Source: Candidatus Enterousia sp.
GTDB taxonomy: Bacteria > Pseudomonadota > Alphaproteobacteria > Rs-D84
DNA length: 64,000 nucleotides
Direction of reading: 5' to 3'
NCBI GenBank assembly: GCA_045634865.1
Contig: JAZRBB010000008.1
Span: 14,407 to 78,406, forward strand
Numbering within the stretch: position 1 is the stretch's first letter; every line of letters starts with the position of its first letter. The notes below the pieces were generated by a model. The model worked only from the letters and a program-made list of their open reading frames with translations. It had not been told where the DNA came from and made no database searches. The position numbers and the translations under genes are program-made. Positions 1 to 10,012 of the stretch are shown one piece after another.

Positions 1-689
1 TTTGTGGTGCAGGCGTTGTTATCTTTTGCCGCGGCTGACGAATAATACCCCGGGTTGCAATGTATATCAGTGCCGCTTTCTGATGCGGTAACACCGCATT
101 TAGAAAAATCTGCACTATGCCCCTCTGCGCAATAATACAAGCCAGACGGAAGCATTTTGAGGCTTACAAAGTTTCCACCTGGACAATACACTGTATTTAC
201 GTCCAATTTATTTACATATTCGTACAATTTTTGGAGCGTTTTGTCATCAGATTTCTTAAAACGGTCCGCTCGTTTTTTGAGGGTTTGTATTGCTGTTTCA
301 ACCTTGTACGAATTATCGCTATTTATACCATAACAGTCTATACAATCTTTTTTATGTTCTGGTAAGAATTGTCCGGGTTTGCATGTAATAAGGTCTTCGT
401 CGTTGGTAACAGTTTCACATTTTTTCATGTCCGTGGATACTTTTTTTGCGTCTTTTGCCTCAACCGTTTCACCCGCCAATTGTTTAACACATAACTTTAA
501 ACCTAGTAGTTGCCCACTATCATCTTTGAAAGTTCCGCCCTCGCAGTATACACCCCAACCGTCAAGACATTTTTCACAATAACCAGCTGGCGTCATATAT
601 TCTCCTGCATTACATTTCTGGGTACCAGCCAACGCGTTTGGCACAAAAAAAACGACAAATAACACTGATAAAAAAATATCCCTGTACAT
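1..689 (-). CDS. Cys-rich exported protein, 3' end truncated by the window edge (not in ORF track)
   Basis: Manual translation from ATG at 689 (RBS-like AAAAGGG upstream) stays open to base 1: MYRDIFLSVLFVVFFVPNALAGTQKCNAGEYMTPAGYCEKC...CKPGQFLPEHKKDCIDC...YCPGG...HCNPGYYSSAAAKDNNACTT. Signal peptide followed by C-x-x-G-x-Y/F...C-x-x-C modules. Confidence 0.85.
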   Translation of the reverse strand, partial: MYRDIFLSVLFVVFFVPNALAGTQKCNAGEYMTPAGYCEKCLDGWGVYCEGGTFKDDSGQLLGLKLCVKQLAGETVEAKDAKKVSTDMKKCETVTNDEDLITCKPGQFLPEHKKDCIDCYGINSDNSYKVETAIQTLKKRADRFKKSDDKTLQKLYEYVNKLDVNTVYCPGGNFVSLKMLPSGLYYCAEGHSADFSKCGVTASESGTDIHCNPGYYSSAAAKDNNACTT

Positions 690-719
690 TACAAATTCCC
701 TTTTGACACATTATAACTT

Positions 720-1766
720 TTATTCTATTACTGTATCAACTATTTTTTCCACAGCGGTATTTTGCACGTATGATTTTTTTGCCATTTTATCCAAACGCGA
801 TGGATTATCGAATAATTCATCTAATGTATTTGATAACCATTTTGATGAAAACTTATCTTGGGGCACAGCAAATCCACCGCCTAATTTTGCATACGATTCT
901 GCGTTGGCTGCTTGATCTGGATTTATTGCCAAAGGCACCAATATAGCAGGCCGCCCAATTGTTTCCAATTCTATTACCGTACTGGCCCCACTGCGCCCAA
1001 TAACTATATCTGCGTCTTGAATCGCACTTGCCATATCACGAATAAAAGACAATACGTTTGCATGTATTTTATGTTCCGCATAAAAACGTTGTAATTTTTC
1101 AACATTTTCAGGTCGTGTTTGATGTGTGATGAATATTTTTTTGTTTTTCATTTCAGAAATTGCAATAGGCACGACATCATCTAAAATTTGCGCCCCCAAA
1201 GAGCCACCTGTTACCAAAATTTTATTTTCATGTTTTAATGGTGCATTCGCAGCATTCAGAAAGTCAGAACGCACTGGCAATCCAGTATAAACAACACGCA
1301 CCTTTGATTGTTTTGGCAAACCATTAACCGAATCAAAACTGGTCATCAAGGTTTTTACCCAGCGCAATGCAAATTTATTCGCGCGTCCGATTGCCGCGTT
1401 TTGTTCATGCAAATATGTTGGTATTTTCCATAAATGTGCTGCAAACACAGCGGGTACAGATGCATAGCCACCGAACGCAACTAATTTATCTGGCCGATTA
1501 AATATAAAACGCAAAGATAATGCCAATGCAGACAAACCGATTTTCATCAATGATATCATTTGTTTGATACGCGATTTTGCACCAACACCAGATGCCCAAA
1601 CAAAAACCATTTTGGCTTTTTGGGGTTTACCATCTTTGACCATTGCAGACACACGACCATCAGATGAAATTATAACCCTGTGCCCCCGTTTTACCAATTC
1701 TGCGGCAACACTTAATGCCGGAAAAACATGTCCACCTGTGCCACCTGTTGCAATCCATATTTTCAT
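720..1766 (-). CDS. murG: Undecaprenyldiphospho-muramoylpentapeptide N-acetylglucosaminyltransferase
   Basis: GGTGGHVFP, GGYASVP, HEQN, GNK-like TGLPVR, VTGGSLGA and GRSGAST motifs; adjacent to ftsW. Confidence 0.96.
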   Translation of the reverse strand: MKIWIATGGTGGHVFPALSVAAELVKRGHRVIISSDGRVSAMVKDGKPQKAKMVFVWASGVGAKSRIKQMISLMKIGLSALALSLRFIFNRPDKLVAFGGYASVPAVFAAHLWKIPTYLHEQNAAIGRANKFALRWVKTLMTSFDSVNGLPKQSKVRVVYTGLPVRSDFLNAANAPLKHENKILVTGGSLGAQILDDVVPIAISEMKNKKIFITHQTRPENVEKLQRFYAEHKIHANVLSFIRDMASAIQDADIVIGRSGASTVIELETIGRPAILVPLAINPDQAANAESYAKLGGGFAVPQDKFSSKWLSNTLDELFDNPSRLDKMAKKSYVQNTAVEKIVDTVIE

Positions 1767-1778
1767 TTTTACACACCT

Positions 1779-2930
1779 TTATTTATTCCAAGTATCTTCG
1801 CGTATCAATGCCAATATCATACCAAATAACACGCAAAAAGATATAAAAGAAACACCACCATACGATATAAACGGCAAAGTCATACCTTTGTTCAGAAATA
1901 AATGTAATGCAGTCATTAAATTGAAACAGACCTGGCCACCAAACAATGCTGCCGTTCCTGTTATTGCATATAAAACAAATCTATCTTTGGCATGCAAAGC
2001 ATGATTTATCAGATTGTTTATGACCATAAACAATAACACAACCAAAGCACACGCTATTATCGCCCCCCAATCTTCTGCAATAGCAGAATACACAAAATCG
2101 TTCGTAGATTCGGGTAAAACATCTTTGACGTATGCTTCATCACCACTGCCAAACAGACCACCATGTCGTATAGAATTTAGTGAATACCAAACCTGACTGC
2201 GTGGTTCTACGCTGAACATATGCATTGCACGATCTCGAATATGCGAATTAGATAAATATGCTATCAATCCAAGTGATGCCAACACCCCACACATCGCAGG
2301 CATAAATTTCAACGGAATACCTGCAACCAGTGTCATGATAAATAACACGCAAACATACAATGTGGCAGTTCCAACATCAGGGTGTCTGAATATAATCAAA
2401 GAACATAGTGCAAACAATATCAAAAACGGCCACCAACTGAGCCAATTAAATTTCCATGCATTTTTATTCAGAAACATATTTTCACCAAATACACTGCGCA
2501 TTTTTGCCAAAAACCAAGCGGTAAGAACTATGAACGCAGGCTTTAATACATCCGCAGGCATAAAACCAAAACCACCAACATGCGCCCAACGTGCGCTCCC
2601 CTTCATTCTAATAGGATGGATAACAGTCAATAACAGACCAAGTATTCCGATAATTGCACCCAACACTGATATTTTTATTACCTTTTGTTTGTTCAGCATG
2701 CTGAAACCAAACAAACACCCCAGTCCGACCACATATGCCGGAAGTGCTTTTTTAATAAAATAAAACCAAGGACGTGGCGGATTCATATGCGCTGCCTGAG
2801 CAGCGCCAGCCGTAAACATCGTTATTACACCGACAGCAACAAGCAACAAGATTAAACCCAATAATCTACGGTCTATCTCGAAATACCAACTGGTTAACTT
2901 ACTTTCTTCGCCACGTGTAATTCTCAACAT
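1779..2930 (-). CDS. ftsW: SEDS-family peptidoglycan glycosyltransferase FtsW
   Basis: Multi-TM protein with KGSARW, HPDVGT, LPESTNDFVYSAIAEDWG and KGMTLPFISYGG; lies between mraY and murG. Confidence 0.93.
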   Translation of the reverse strand: MLRITRGEESKLTSWYFEIDRRLLGLILLLVAVGVITMFTAGAAQAAHMNPPRPWFYFIKKALPAYVVGLGCLFGFSMLNKQKVIKISVLGAIIGILGLLLTVIHPIRMKGSARWAHVGGFGFMPADVLKPAFIVLTAWFLAKMRSVFGENMFLNKNAWKFNWLSWWPFLILFALCSLIIFRHPDVGTATLYVCVLFIMTLVAGIPLKFMPAMCGVLASLGLIAYLSNSHIRDRAMHMFSVEPRSQVWYSLNSIRHGGLFGSGDEAYVKDVLPESTNDFVYSAIAEDWGAIIACALVVLLFMVINNLINHALHAKDRFVLYAITGTAALFGGQVCFNLMTALHLFLNKGMTLPFISYGGVSFISFCVLFGMILALIREDTWNK

Positions 2931-2942
2931 CTGTGATTCCCA

Positions 2943-4076
2943 TTATGCAAATTTCAACAACACCAAAGCCAAGCCCGCAAACAACAAGCCTAACACAAAA
3001 AATCTGTCCACAATCTTGGTTTCTGGCCAGCCTAGTTCCTCAAAATGATGATGTAATGGCGCACGCAAAAATATACGTTTACCTGTACCAGTGATTTTAC
3101 GCGTAATCTTGAAACACATTGTTTGTACAAACGAAGATAACAATATCAGCACCATCATACCAGCTGCAACACACATGATAATTTCAGATTTTAACAACAT
3201 AGCAACAGTTCCCATCAAACCACCCAGCGCAAGCGAACCAACATCGCCCATAAATATTGCCGCAGGTTTTGCATTAAACCACAAGAATCCCAACACCGCA
3301 CCAAAGGCGCCACCTAATACAGCATACAAACCGCTGGTTTCTGGTAAAAACATAACTGCGTCCATAAAACCAATTCTGGTTGAACCATATAATGCAACAA
3401 CCAACACTATCAAAACAGGCATATACAATTTAGCCAACAACCCGTCCAATCCATCTGTGATATTTGTCGCATTTGCAGAACCACAAATTACAAAGTATGC
3501 AAAAATATAATACAAAAAACCCAAAGTCAAAGGAACACCAAACAAATACCCAATTTGCCAACTGTCAAACGGCAAAACGATACTGGAACCCAACACTAAC
3601 GATAAGTTTGGAACATATCCAGGCATAGTTTTATTTATTAAATATGCCAAAACAACCACACATGCACCCTCTATCAACAAGCGCAATGCAGGCGATAAAC
3701 CGTTTGAAGCCTTTTTTGATTGGCTTTTGATTTTTTTGTAATCATCTGCAAAACCAATTAAACCAAAAGCAACCAATGCACCCAGTGCTATCCATGCAGG
3801 CGCATTAAAAATAGGCATAAACAACAAAGATGAAATTAAAATGGAAACAATCACCAATATACCACCCATTGATGGGGTTCCGGCTTTTTTAAGATGTTCA
3901 ACAGGGACATTTTCACTGATTGGTTGGCCTTTGCCCTGCCACTTGCGCATCAAACGAATAAAACTGCGTCCAAAAATCAACATTATCAAAAATGCAGTCC
4001 CAAACGCTGCTGCAAATTGAGTCCAGCCACTCGCAAAAAATTGAAAATTATTATCTAATAAAAAACCAGTCAGCAT
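2943..4076 (-). CDS. mraY: Phospho-N-acetylmuramoyl-pentapeptide transferase
   Basis: KAGTPSMGG, IGFADDY, NATNITDGLDGL, IFMGDVGSLALG, APLHHHFE. Start moved to ATG 4076, which has a strong AAGGAAAGGAG RBS. Confidence 0.96.
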   Translation of the reverse strand: MLTGFLLDNNFQFFASGWTQFAAAFGTAFLIMLIFGRSFIRLMRKWQGKGQPISENVPVEHLKKAGTPSMGGILVIVSILISSLLFMPIFNAPAWIALGALVAFGLIGFADDYKKIKSQSKKASNGLSPALRLLIEGACVVVLAYLINKTMPGYVPNLSLVLGSSIVLPFDSWQIGYLFGVPLTLGFLYYIFAYFVICGSANATNITDGLDGLLAKLYMPVLIVLVVALYGSTRIGFMDAVMFLPETSGLYAVLGGAFGAVLGFLWFNAKPAAIFMGDVGSLALGGLMGTVAMLLKSEIIMCVAAGMMVLILLSSFVQTMCFKITRKITGTGKRIFLRAPLHHHFEELGWPETKIVDRFFVLGLLFAGLALVLLKFA

Positions 4077-4159
4077 AAAACAACTCCTTTCCTTTATCAT
4101 TATGCATTTTATCATAAAAAATGAACGAAACAAATGAATATAACAACAGATTTTATATA

Positions 4160-6214
4160 TCAAAATATTCCGCCAACCATTGGTTTAGTACTGTGTTTTT
4201 CGTTTGTTTGTAATGGGTTCGGTGCTTGGCCAGGCTTGAAAACTTCATTTATAATAACACCGTTTGGGTCTTGAACAGCAGAAACACCATTATTCCGATT
4301 TACACGCATAAAAGTCATACCATCTGGCACTGGGAACGGCTGATTGCTTTCGTCTTCCAGTGCAACCTTCATAAAATCCGCAAAAACACGCGCCGCCATA
4401 TGCGAACCTGCGCCAGCCCCCAAAGGTTTTGGGATATCATAACCCAAATAAACCCCGGCAATTAAATCTTTGGAAAAACCAATAAACCAAACATCTTTGA
4501 CTTGATTTGTTGTCCCAGTTTTACCGGCAATCGTATGACCATAAACACGTGCCTGTTTTCCAGTTCCGCGTTCCACTGCACCCTGTAATATTGATACAAT
4601 TTGGTATAAACTTTGCACATCTGACAGAGGTTCACTTTTTTCTTCTGCAACTGGTGGCAATAAAGATTCGTCCCAATCAACTTGCGCAGACGATGTGCCA
4701 TCTATGATTTTACCATATCTGTCTTCTATATAATCAATCATTTTTGGGGTTATAACATGACCACCATTTACAAACGCAGAATAACCTAATACCAATTTTT
4801 GCAAAGTTGTTTCACCAGCCCCCAAGGCCAGCGATTCATTAAATTGGCTGGATTTAATATCTTTTGGATAAACACCAAATCTTTGTGCTGTTTCAATGGC
4901 AGTCGGAACACCTATTTGTTCAACCAAGCGAACAGTCGGAACATTACGCGATGTTTCCAACGAAAAACGCAAAGGGATATTTCCCAAAAATTTTCTGTCG
5001 TAATTTTCAGGCTTCCATTCTTTATTATTTTCACGCCATCCAACAATTGGTGCGTCTAAAATCAAACTTTCAGGACTGTATCCATTTTCTAACGCAGCCA
5101 AATACACAAAAGGTTTTATCGTTGAACCAATTTGACGATATGCCTGGGTTGCACGATTAAACGAACTTTCTACAAAAGAACGTCCACCAGTCATAGCAAG
5201 CACACGTCCAGTATGTGGATTCATCGCAATAATCGCCCCCTGTAATTTTGGTGCATTTTCTGACTTATTTTTATTAAACGTGTCCAACTCTTTCGCCAAA
5301 GCCGCTGCCGCCGCGCGTTGATATTTTGGAACAATAGTTGTTTTTATATAAAGCCCATCATTATACAAAGTGTCACGACCAATTTTATCCAATAATTTAC
5401 GACGCACATCTTCTGCAAAATACTGAAAATCAGCCTCCATCTGGGCTGTGAAGCCAGAATTGATATTCAATGGTTCCGCCATGGCCGTATCTGCTTCCTG
5501 TTGTGTTATATATCCGTCATCAACCATACGACGCAGAACATAATTTCTGCGTTCTTCTGCACGATTACGGTCATTTGGTGCCTTTGGCAACGATGCCAAA
5601 AACGCACATTCTGACAAAGTTAAATCTTTCACAGGTTTATTAAAATACATCAAAGCCGCAGAACCAACACCGTATGCACGCGCACCCAAAAATATTTCAT
5701 TCAGATATAACGTCATTATATGTTCTTTGGAAAAACTGCGCTCTAAACGCAAGGCTAATATAGCCTCTTTCACCTTTCTGGAAATGGTTCTGTCCGAAGT
5801 TAAAAAGAAATTTTTTGCGACCTGTTGGGTTATCGTTGAAGCACCAGTAAATTTGGTATTAAACCCAAGCAAACGCATACCATTATTCACACTGGCACGA
5901 ATAATTCCCAAAACATCAATACCAGGATGTGACCAGAAATGCTGATCTTCAGCAGCAACAAATGCATTTACCAATTGTTTTGGCATATCTGCAAAATCAA
6001 TAAACACGCGTCTTTCTTCGGCATACTCTATCAACAAAGACCCGTCAGACGCATACAAACGTGTTGCCACAGGCGGTGTATAAGTTGCTAACTTTTTATA
6101 ATCCGGTAAATCACGTCCATAGACCAAAACCAATACTGCCAGACCCGCAATCCCAGCAACAACACACCAAAATAAAACATTGATAAAAATGCGTAATATT
6201 TTTTTGATTTTCAT
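4160..6214 (-). CDS. mrcA: Class A penicillin-binding protein 1A
   Basis: N-terminal TM; glycosyltransferase motifs AEDQHF, GASTITQQVAKN and RKVKE; transpeptidase motifs GSTIKP (SxxK), SRN and KTGT. Confidence 0.93.
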   Translation of the reverse strand: MKIKKILRIFINVLFWCVVAGIAGLAVLVLVYGRDLPDYKKLATYTPPVATRLYASDGSLLIEYAEERRVFIDFADMPKQLVNAFVAAEDQHFWSHPGIDVLGIIRASVNNGMRLLGFNTKFTGASTITQQVAKNFFLTSDRTISRKVKEAILALRLERSFSKEHIMTLYLNEIFLGARAYGVGSAALMYFNKPVKDLTLSECAFLASLPKAPNDRNRAEERRNYVLRRMVDDGYITQQEADTAMAEPLNINSGFTAQMEADFQYFAEDVRRKLLDKIGRDTLYNDGLYIKTTIVPKYQRAAAAALAKELDTFNKNKSENAPKLQGAIIAMNPHTGRVLAMTGGRSFVESSFNRATQAYRQIGSTIKPFVYLAALENGYSPESLILDAPIVGWRENNKEWKPENYDRKFLGNIPLRFSLETSRNVPTVRLVEQIGVPTAIETAQRFGVYPKDIKSSQFNESLALGAGETTLQKLVLGYSAFVNGGHVITPKMIDYIEDRYGKIIDGTSSAQVDWDESLLPPVAEEKSEPLSDVQSLYQIVSILQGAVERGTGKQARVYGHTIAGKTGTTNQVKDVWFIGFSKDLIAGVYLGYDIPKPLGAGAGSHMAARVFADFMKVALEDESNQPFPVPDGMTFMRVNRNNGVSAVQDPNGVIINEVFKPGQAPNPLQTNEKHSTKPMVGGIF

Positions 6215-6264
6215 AGCACTGATTTTATTGGAAATATTTTAACAATGCAAGAAATGTTTAATAT

Positions 6265-6288
6265 AAAAAAACGACACGATGTCGTTTT
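6265..6288 (-). terminator. Intrinsic terminator after the suhB-like gene
   Basis: AAAACGACA-CGA-TGTCGTTTT hairpin followed by a T-run on the minus strand. Confidence 0.7.
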
Positions 6289-6293
6289 ATAAC

Positions 6294-7004
6294 TTATAGT
6301 TCAATTTTACCGTTCGTGGCGATAATATCTGCACCATCCAGCGATATTTTCCCACCAGCCTCATTTATTAATAATTCGCCGGCTGCGATTTCTGCATAAT
6401 CAACCGGATCAGATATAAAAGCATCCATTTTGCCAGCAGCCACCCACGCTAAATCCAACGCTGGACAGCCTGTTTCACGTGCATTACCCGCAATTATCGG
6501 GCGCAAGCCAGTTGTATTATAGCCAACTGTTAAATCCGATGGTTCTGTCAAATTAGATACATGTATTTTTTCAGAATGGTATGCAGAATAGACAAACGCC
6601 CCAACACCCGATTCTGCATAATACAATCTTTCATCTATTGGTGAATAAACCAGCGCTATCTTTGTTTCACCGTTTGTGCGCAAAGCCAAAGATATTGCAA
6701 AATGTGGATTTCCACGAACAAAATTTGATGCACCAGACAGCGCTAACACAAATTCATCACGTCCATCACCAGACTTTGATACATCTGGTGTCAACAAACC
6801 AGCCGATGGTCGAACAAGTTGCAAATCAGACAATATACTTTCTTCTATTCTGGCTGAAGCCTTGGCCACAAAATCACGTGCCCCACGTAAAGATTGCTGA
6901 AGATTTTCAACCTCACCAAAATCGTGACGTAAACCAGATGCTGTATTCTGCAATGCTGCAAACATCTTGTTTAATTCTGTTGAACCCTTTATCAGCAAAT
7001 CCAT
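6294..7004 (-). CDS. suhB: Inositol monophosphatase-family (SuhB-like) protein with degenerate catalytic motifs
   Basis: Alpha-type N-terminus RHDFGEVENLQ, GCPALDLAWVAAGKMDAF and AAGELLINEAGG. The DPIDGT motif is replaced by LALSGA. Confidence 0.8.
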   Translation of the reverse strand: MDLLIKGSTELNKMFAALQNTASGLRHDFGEVENLQQSLRGARDFVAKASARIEESILSDLQLVRPSAGLLTPDVSKSGDGRDEFVLALSGASNFVRGNPHFAISLALRTNGETKIALVYSPIDERLYYAESGVGAFVYSAYHSEKIHVSNLTEPSDLTVGYNTTGLRPIIAGNARETGCPALDLAWVAAGKMDAFISDPVDYAEIAAGELLINEAGGKISLDGADIIATNGKIEL

Positions 7005-7019
7005 ATCAGATCACCAATT

Positions 7020-7232
7020 TTAGAAATTAAATCCTGCAAATTTGTTTTTGAATTCAGCTGCACGTTTACCCTTGGCACCGTCGTTGTTACGTTGACCAGT
7101 CCATGCAGGATGATTCAAATTATCCATGGACAAAACCAAGTCTTTCTTTACAGAAGAATACATTTTTACAGTCTTTCCGTCAGTTGTTGTGACGTTGATT
7201 TCGTGATATTCTGGATGAATGCCTTTTTTCAT
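7020..7232 (-). CDS. rpmE: 50S ribosomal protein L31
   Basis: MKKGIHPEY...NHPAWTG...F.NKF; zinc-free (C-minus) type. Confidence 0.96.
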   Translation of the reverse strand: MKKGIHPEYHEINVTTTDGKTVKMYSSVKKDLVLSMDNLNHPAWTGQRNNDGAKGKRAAEFKNKFAGFNF

Positions 7233-7325
7233 CTTTATGTCCTTTTATTTTATAAAACTACCTAAATAGCCCGAAGATTATACCTGGTTTTTTCTTAAAA
7301 TCAAGATAAACTTGTTCTTTATATA

Positions 7326-7838
7326 TCAATATTGACCAATGCAACCCAAATAAGAATTACCGGTCGCTTCTAGTACATTTACAAACTGATTCGAATTCTT
7401 GCCAGAAAACAGCGCCAAAATAGTCCCTGCATCAGTTGCCAACATATCTGCCACAGTAGCAATAGATGAATTCATTTTCTTGAAAAAAACACTGGACGGA
7501 CGAATTTCGGCCGCCAAAAGTTGATTTTTTCCATGTAAGTTCGCTTTTGATTCTGCGACAATAACCATCAATTGGCATTCTGGGGATACAATTATCTTGT
7601 CAACAATAAAACCGTTTCCGCCCAACAGTTCGCCCCACCAGCCTGTAGATTCACAAAACACAGGATAATATATAACGGCATCTTCATTTTTATTGAAAAT
7701 GCCGGTTACATCCAAATCATCCAAAATCACATCTGGCATAACACCTGTTAAGGAATTTATGACTTTACGAGACAACTGGTAATCTGCATCACCAGCAGTC
7801 TTGTTTGGCCAATAAAGAAACGGAAACTTTCTCATCAC
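7326..7838 (-). CDS. Hypothetical protein (170 aa)
   Basis: Fills the gap between rpmE and the VirB6-like gene in the same orientation; no motif recognised. Confidence 0.65.
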   Translation of the reverse strand: MMRKFPFLYWPNKTAGDADYQLSRKVINSLTGVMPDVILDDLDVTGIFNKNEDAVIYYPVFCESTGWWGELLGGNGFIVDKIIVSPECQLMVIVAESKANLHGKNQLLAAEIRPSSVFFKKMNSSIATVADMLATDAGTILALFSGKNSNQFVNVLEATGNSYLGCIGQY

Positions 7839-7975
7839 AGTGTGAATTATATCAGATTCGGTTCAACTAAAAAAGTGCACTATGTTAAATAAAGCACTTG
7901 ATTTTTTATTTTTTTATTATTTATCCCTATTTTCTTGGTTTTTTGGACACTTTTATCAGAAACTGATTCGGTTTA

Positions 7976-9943
7976 TTATTTTTTCTTTAGCGGTCCAGGC
8001 ATAAACTTTCCTTGTCCTTTGTTATAATAAAATTCCCCGTTTATCATATCATACAAGCATGGCACATTATTTTTTGCGTCCATTACAGGAATAAACCAAC
8101 GAACACGACGGCCATTTTGGAAAATTTCGCACTGATATAACCTGCAAGTTGTCCCAGCTGTGAAAATCCCACGATCGTTTAATCCAAATAAAAATATATT
8201 GTTTGATGCACTGAAAGATTGTTTTACGAACGACACATTCTTGGCATCGACAAACCCACCCTTGTTACCATTCCCACTATCTATAAAAATATTAATCCGT
8301 ATTGAACCAACATTCAATGGATGCCCACAATCTATAACTTGGGCTTCTGTCCCATATTCAATATAAACAGTTTCTGGATTACCATCATGAAAAACCTCTA
8401 AGGCGAACGAATTATATTGATCGTTATCCCGTCCACCGAACAGAAATGTGTTTCTACCAGATTTTGGTTGCACTTTGATATCAATTCTTGTGTCATCGTC
8501 TGGCGCCAAGTCTGTATCAATGTATTGAGTGCCCGAAGATTCAATATATTCAAGTTCTATATACCGCTTGTGATTATCAAAACCACCCAAATTAAGCATA
8601 TTTGACAAAACATCCGACCCAGCGGAACCGCCACCAACATCAGAAGATTTTGCCTTTTTATCCCCCGGTATAATATTTTTGATTCCTTGCCACAATATAC
8701 CTAAATCTTTTTTGGCTTTCTGATAATATGCATCAGATATTTTTATCTTGAACAACATATTAATCAACTGTGGAATTGAAGTCATAAACATCGCTAAAAA
8801 CAAGCCAATTAAAACCACCAAAACAATGCTATCATTATGCAAAGCCAATCCATCCATAAAGATTTGTGAATCGTTTTGCGCTATTGCTTGCTGCAAAGCA
8901 CTAACACCATCTACATTCTCAAACAACGCATTTAAAAACATTACTGAAAAAGTTAAAAATACAACGGTCAAAGCGATTCCTAGGACGGCCTGGATAACAT
9001 CGTCTATCATTTGTCGAATCGTTTTTCCGCCCTGCGGAAAAATTGCGAAACCGTCTTCATCAAACAACCAAGCCATTAACATCAATGGCAACATTACCAA
9101 ATCCAAAGATAATTTTATAAACACTTCTAAAAAATATAAAGGTATTGGCAATAAAGCAAAGAAATATAACACCAATATCAACAAACCAACTGCGAATATT
9201 GGAACATTTGGAAACACAGGGACCCCCATAAAAATCTTGTGCATATATTCTGAATTAAACGACATATTCAACATTGTCCAACCAACTGTCATTCCCAGTC
9301 CTGTTATCTGATGAACATTTGCGACTTCACACGCCAATTGATGACGCAATTTTGGTGAAAAAGCGCCATAAGACGACGCGTCTTCTGATATAGTTACGGG
9401 GTCCGCCAGCGCAGTCGCAACCATACATTCAGAAAATTTGTTGTTATCAGATACAATATAATCCAAAGATGTACCAATTGTCATAGCAGGTTCTATTAAA
9501 CCGCTGGTTATAAATCGTGGCAAAGGCACCAACAACAAACCTGTTAGCAAAGACAATTTTATAACATATGTCCCAAAATTTCCCAGCAATTTGGTGCCAT
9601 TTTCTACCTTTGCATTGAAAAAACCAGACATTAAACGCCATGCTACTAAAACCGCTAATAGTGTTGCAGAAATTGGTATAACGATTCGTCCCAACGCGCT
9701 GTAAACCCCAGGCAACAGATTAGACATCGAAACCATTATGTCTGAAAATATCTGACACGTCCAACAAGATGAAAAAAAGTCCAAAGCCTGATTTATGTTT
9801 ACTGGTGCGACAGTACGCCAAATGGAAATTCCAATTATGCCAACACCAACTGCTGCCCCACCTATGACAAATGGTGTAACCGCGCCAACTGACAAAGGCA
9901 TAGCCATAACAAAACCCATTAAAAATTTTTTTAGCCACTTCAT
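7976..9943 (-). CDS. VirB6/TrbL-like T4SS inner-membrane protein (paralogue A) with C-terminal lectin/LamG-like domain
   Basis: Polytopic core with CWTC motif and VirB6-like LEVFIKLSLDLVMLPLMLMAWLF segment; soluble tail starting YIELEYIESSGTQYIDT. Start placed at MKWLKK (9943). Confidence 0.7.
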   Translation of the reverse strand: MKWLKKFLMGFVMAMPLSVGAVTPFVIGGAAVGVGIIGISIWRTVAPVNINQALDFFSSCWTCQIFSDIMVSMSNLLPGVYSALGRIVIPISATLLAVLVAWRLMSGFFNAKVENGTKLLGNFGTYVIKLSLLTGLLLVPLPRFITSGLIEPAMTIGTSLDYIVSDNNKFSECMVATALADPVTISEDASSYGAFSPKLRHQLACEVANVHQITGLGMTVGWTMLNMSFNSEYMHKIFMGVPVFPNVPIFAVGLLILVLYFFALLPIPLYFLEVFIKLSLDLVMLPLMLMAWLFDEDGFAIFPQGGKTIRQMIDDVIQAVLGIALTVVFLTFSVMFLNALFENVDGVSALQQAIAQNDSQIFMDGLALHNDSIVLVVLIGLFLAMFMTSIPQLINMLFKIKISDAYYQKAKKDLGILWQGIKNIIPGDKKAKSSDVGGGSAGSDVLSNMLNLGGFDNHKRYIELEYIESSGTQYIDTDLAPDDDTRIDIKVQPKSGRNTFLFGGRDNDQYNSFALEVFHDGNPETVYIEYGTEAQVIDCGHPLNVGSIRINIFIDSGNGNKGGFVDAKNVSFVKQSFSASNNIFLFGLNDRGIFTAGTTCRLYQCEIFQNGRRVRWFIPVMDAKNNVPCLYDMINGEFYYNKGQGKFMPGPLKKK

Positions 9944-10012
9944 AATTTTAATTATACCATATTTTGTAATAAATGTGATATAATTCAATATGTAAAAAAT
10001 AATAAAGAGAGA

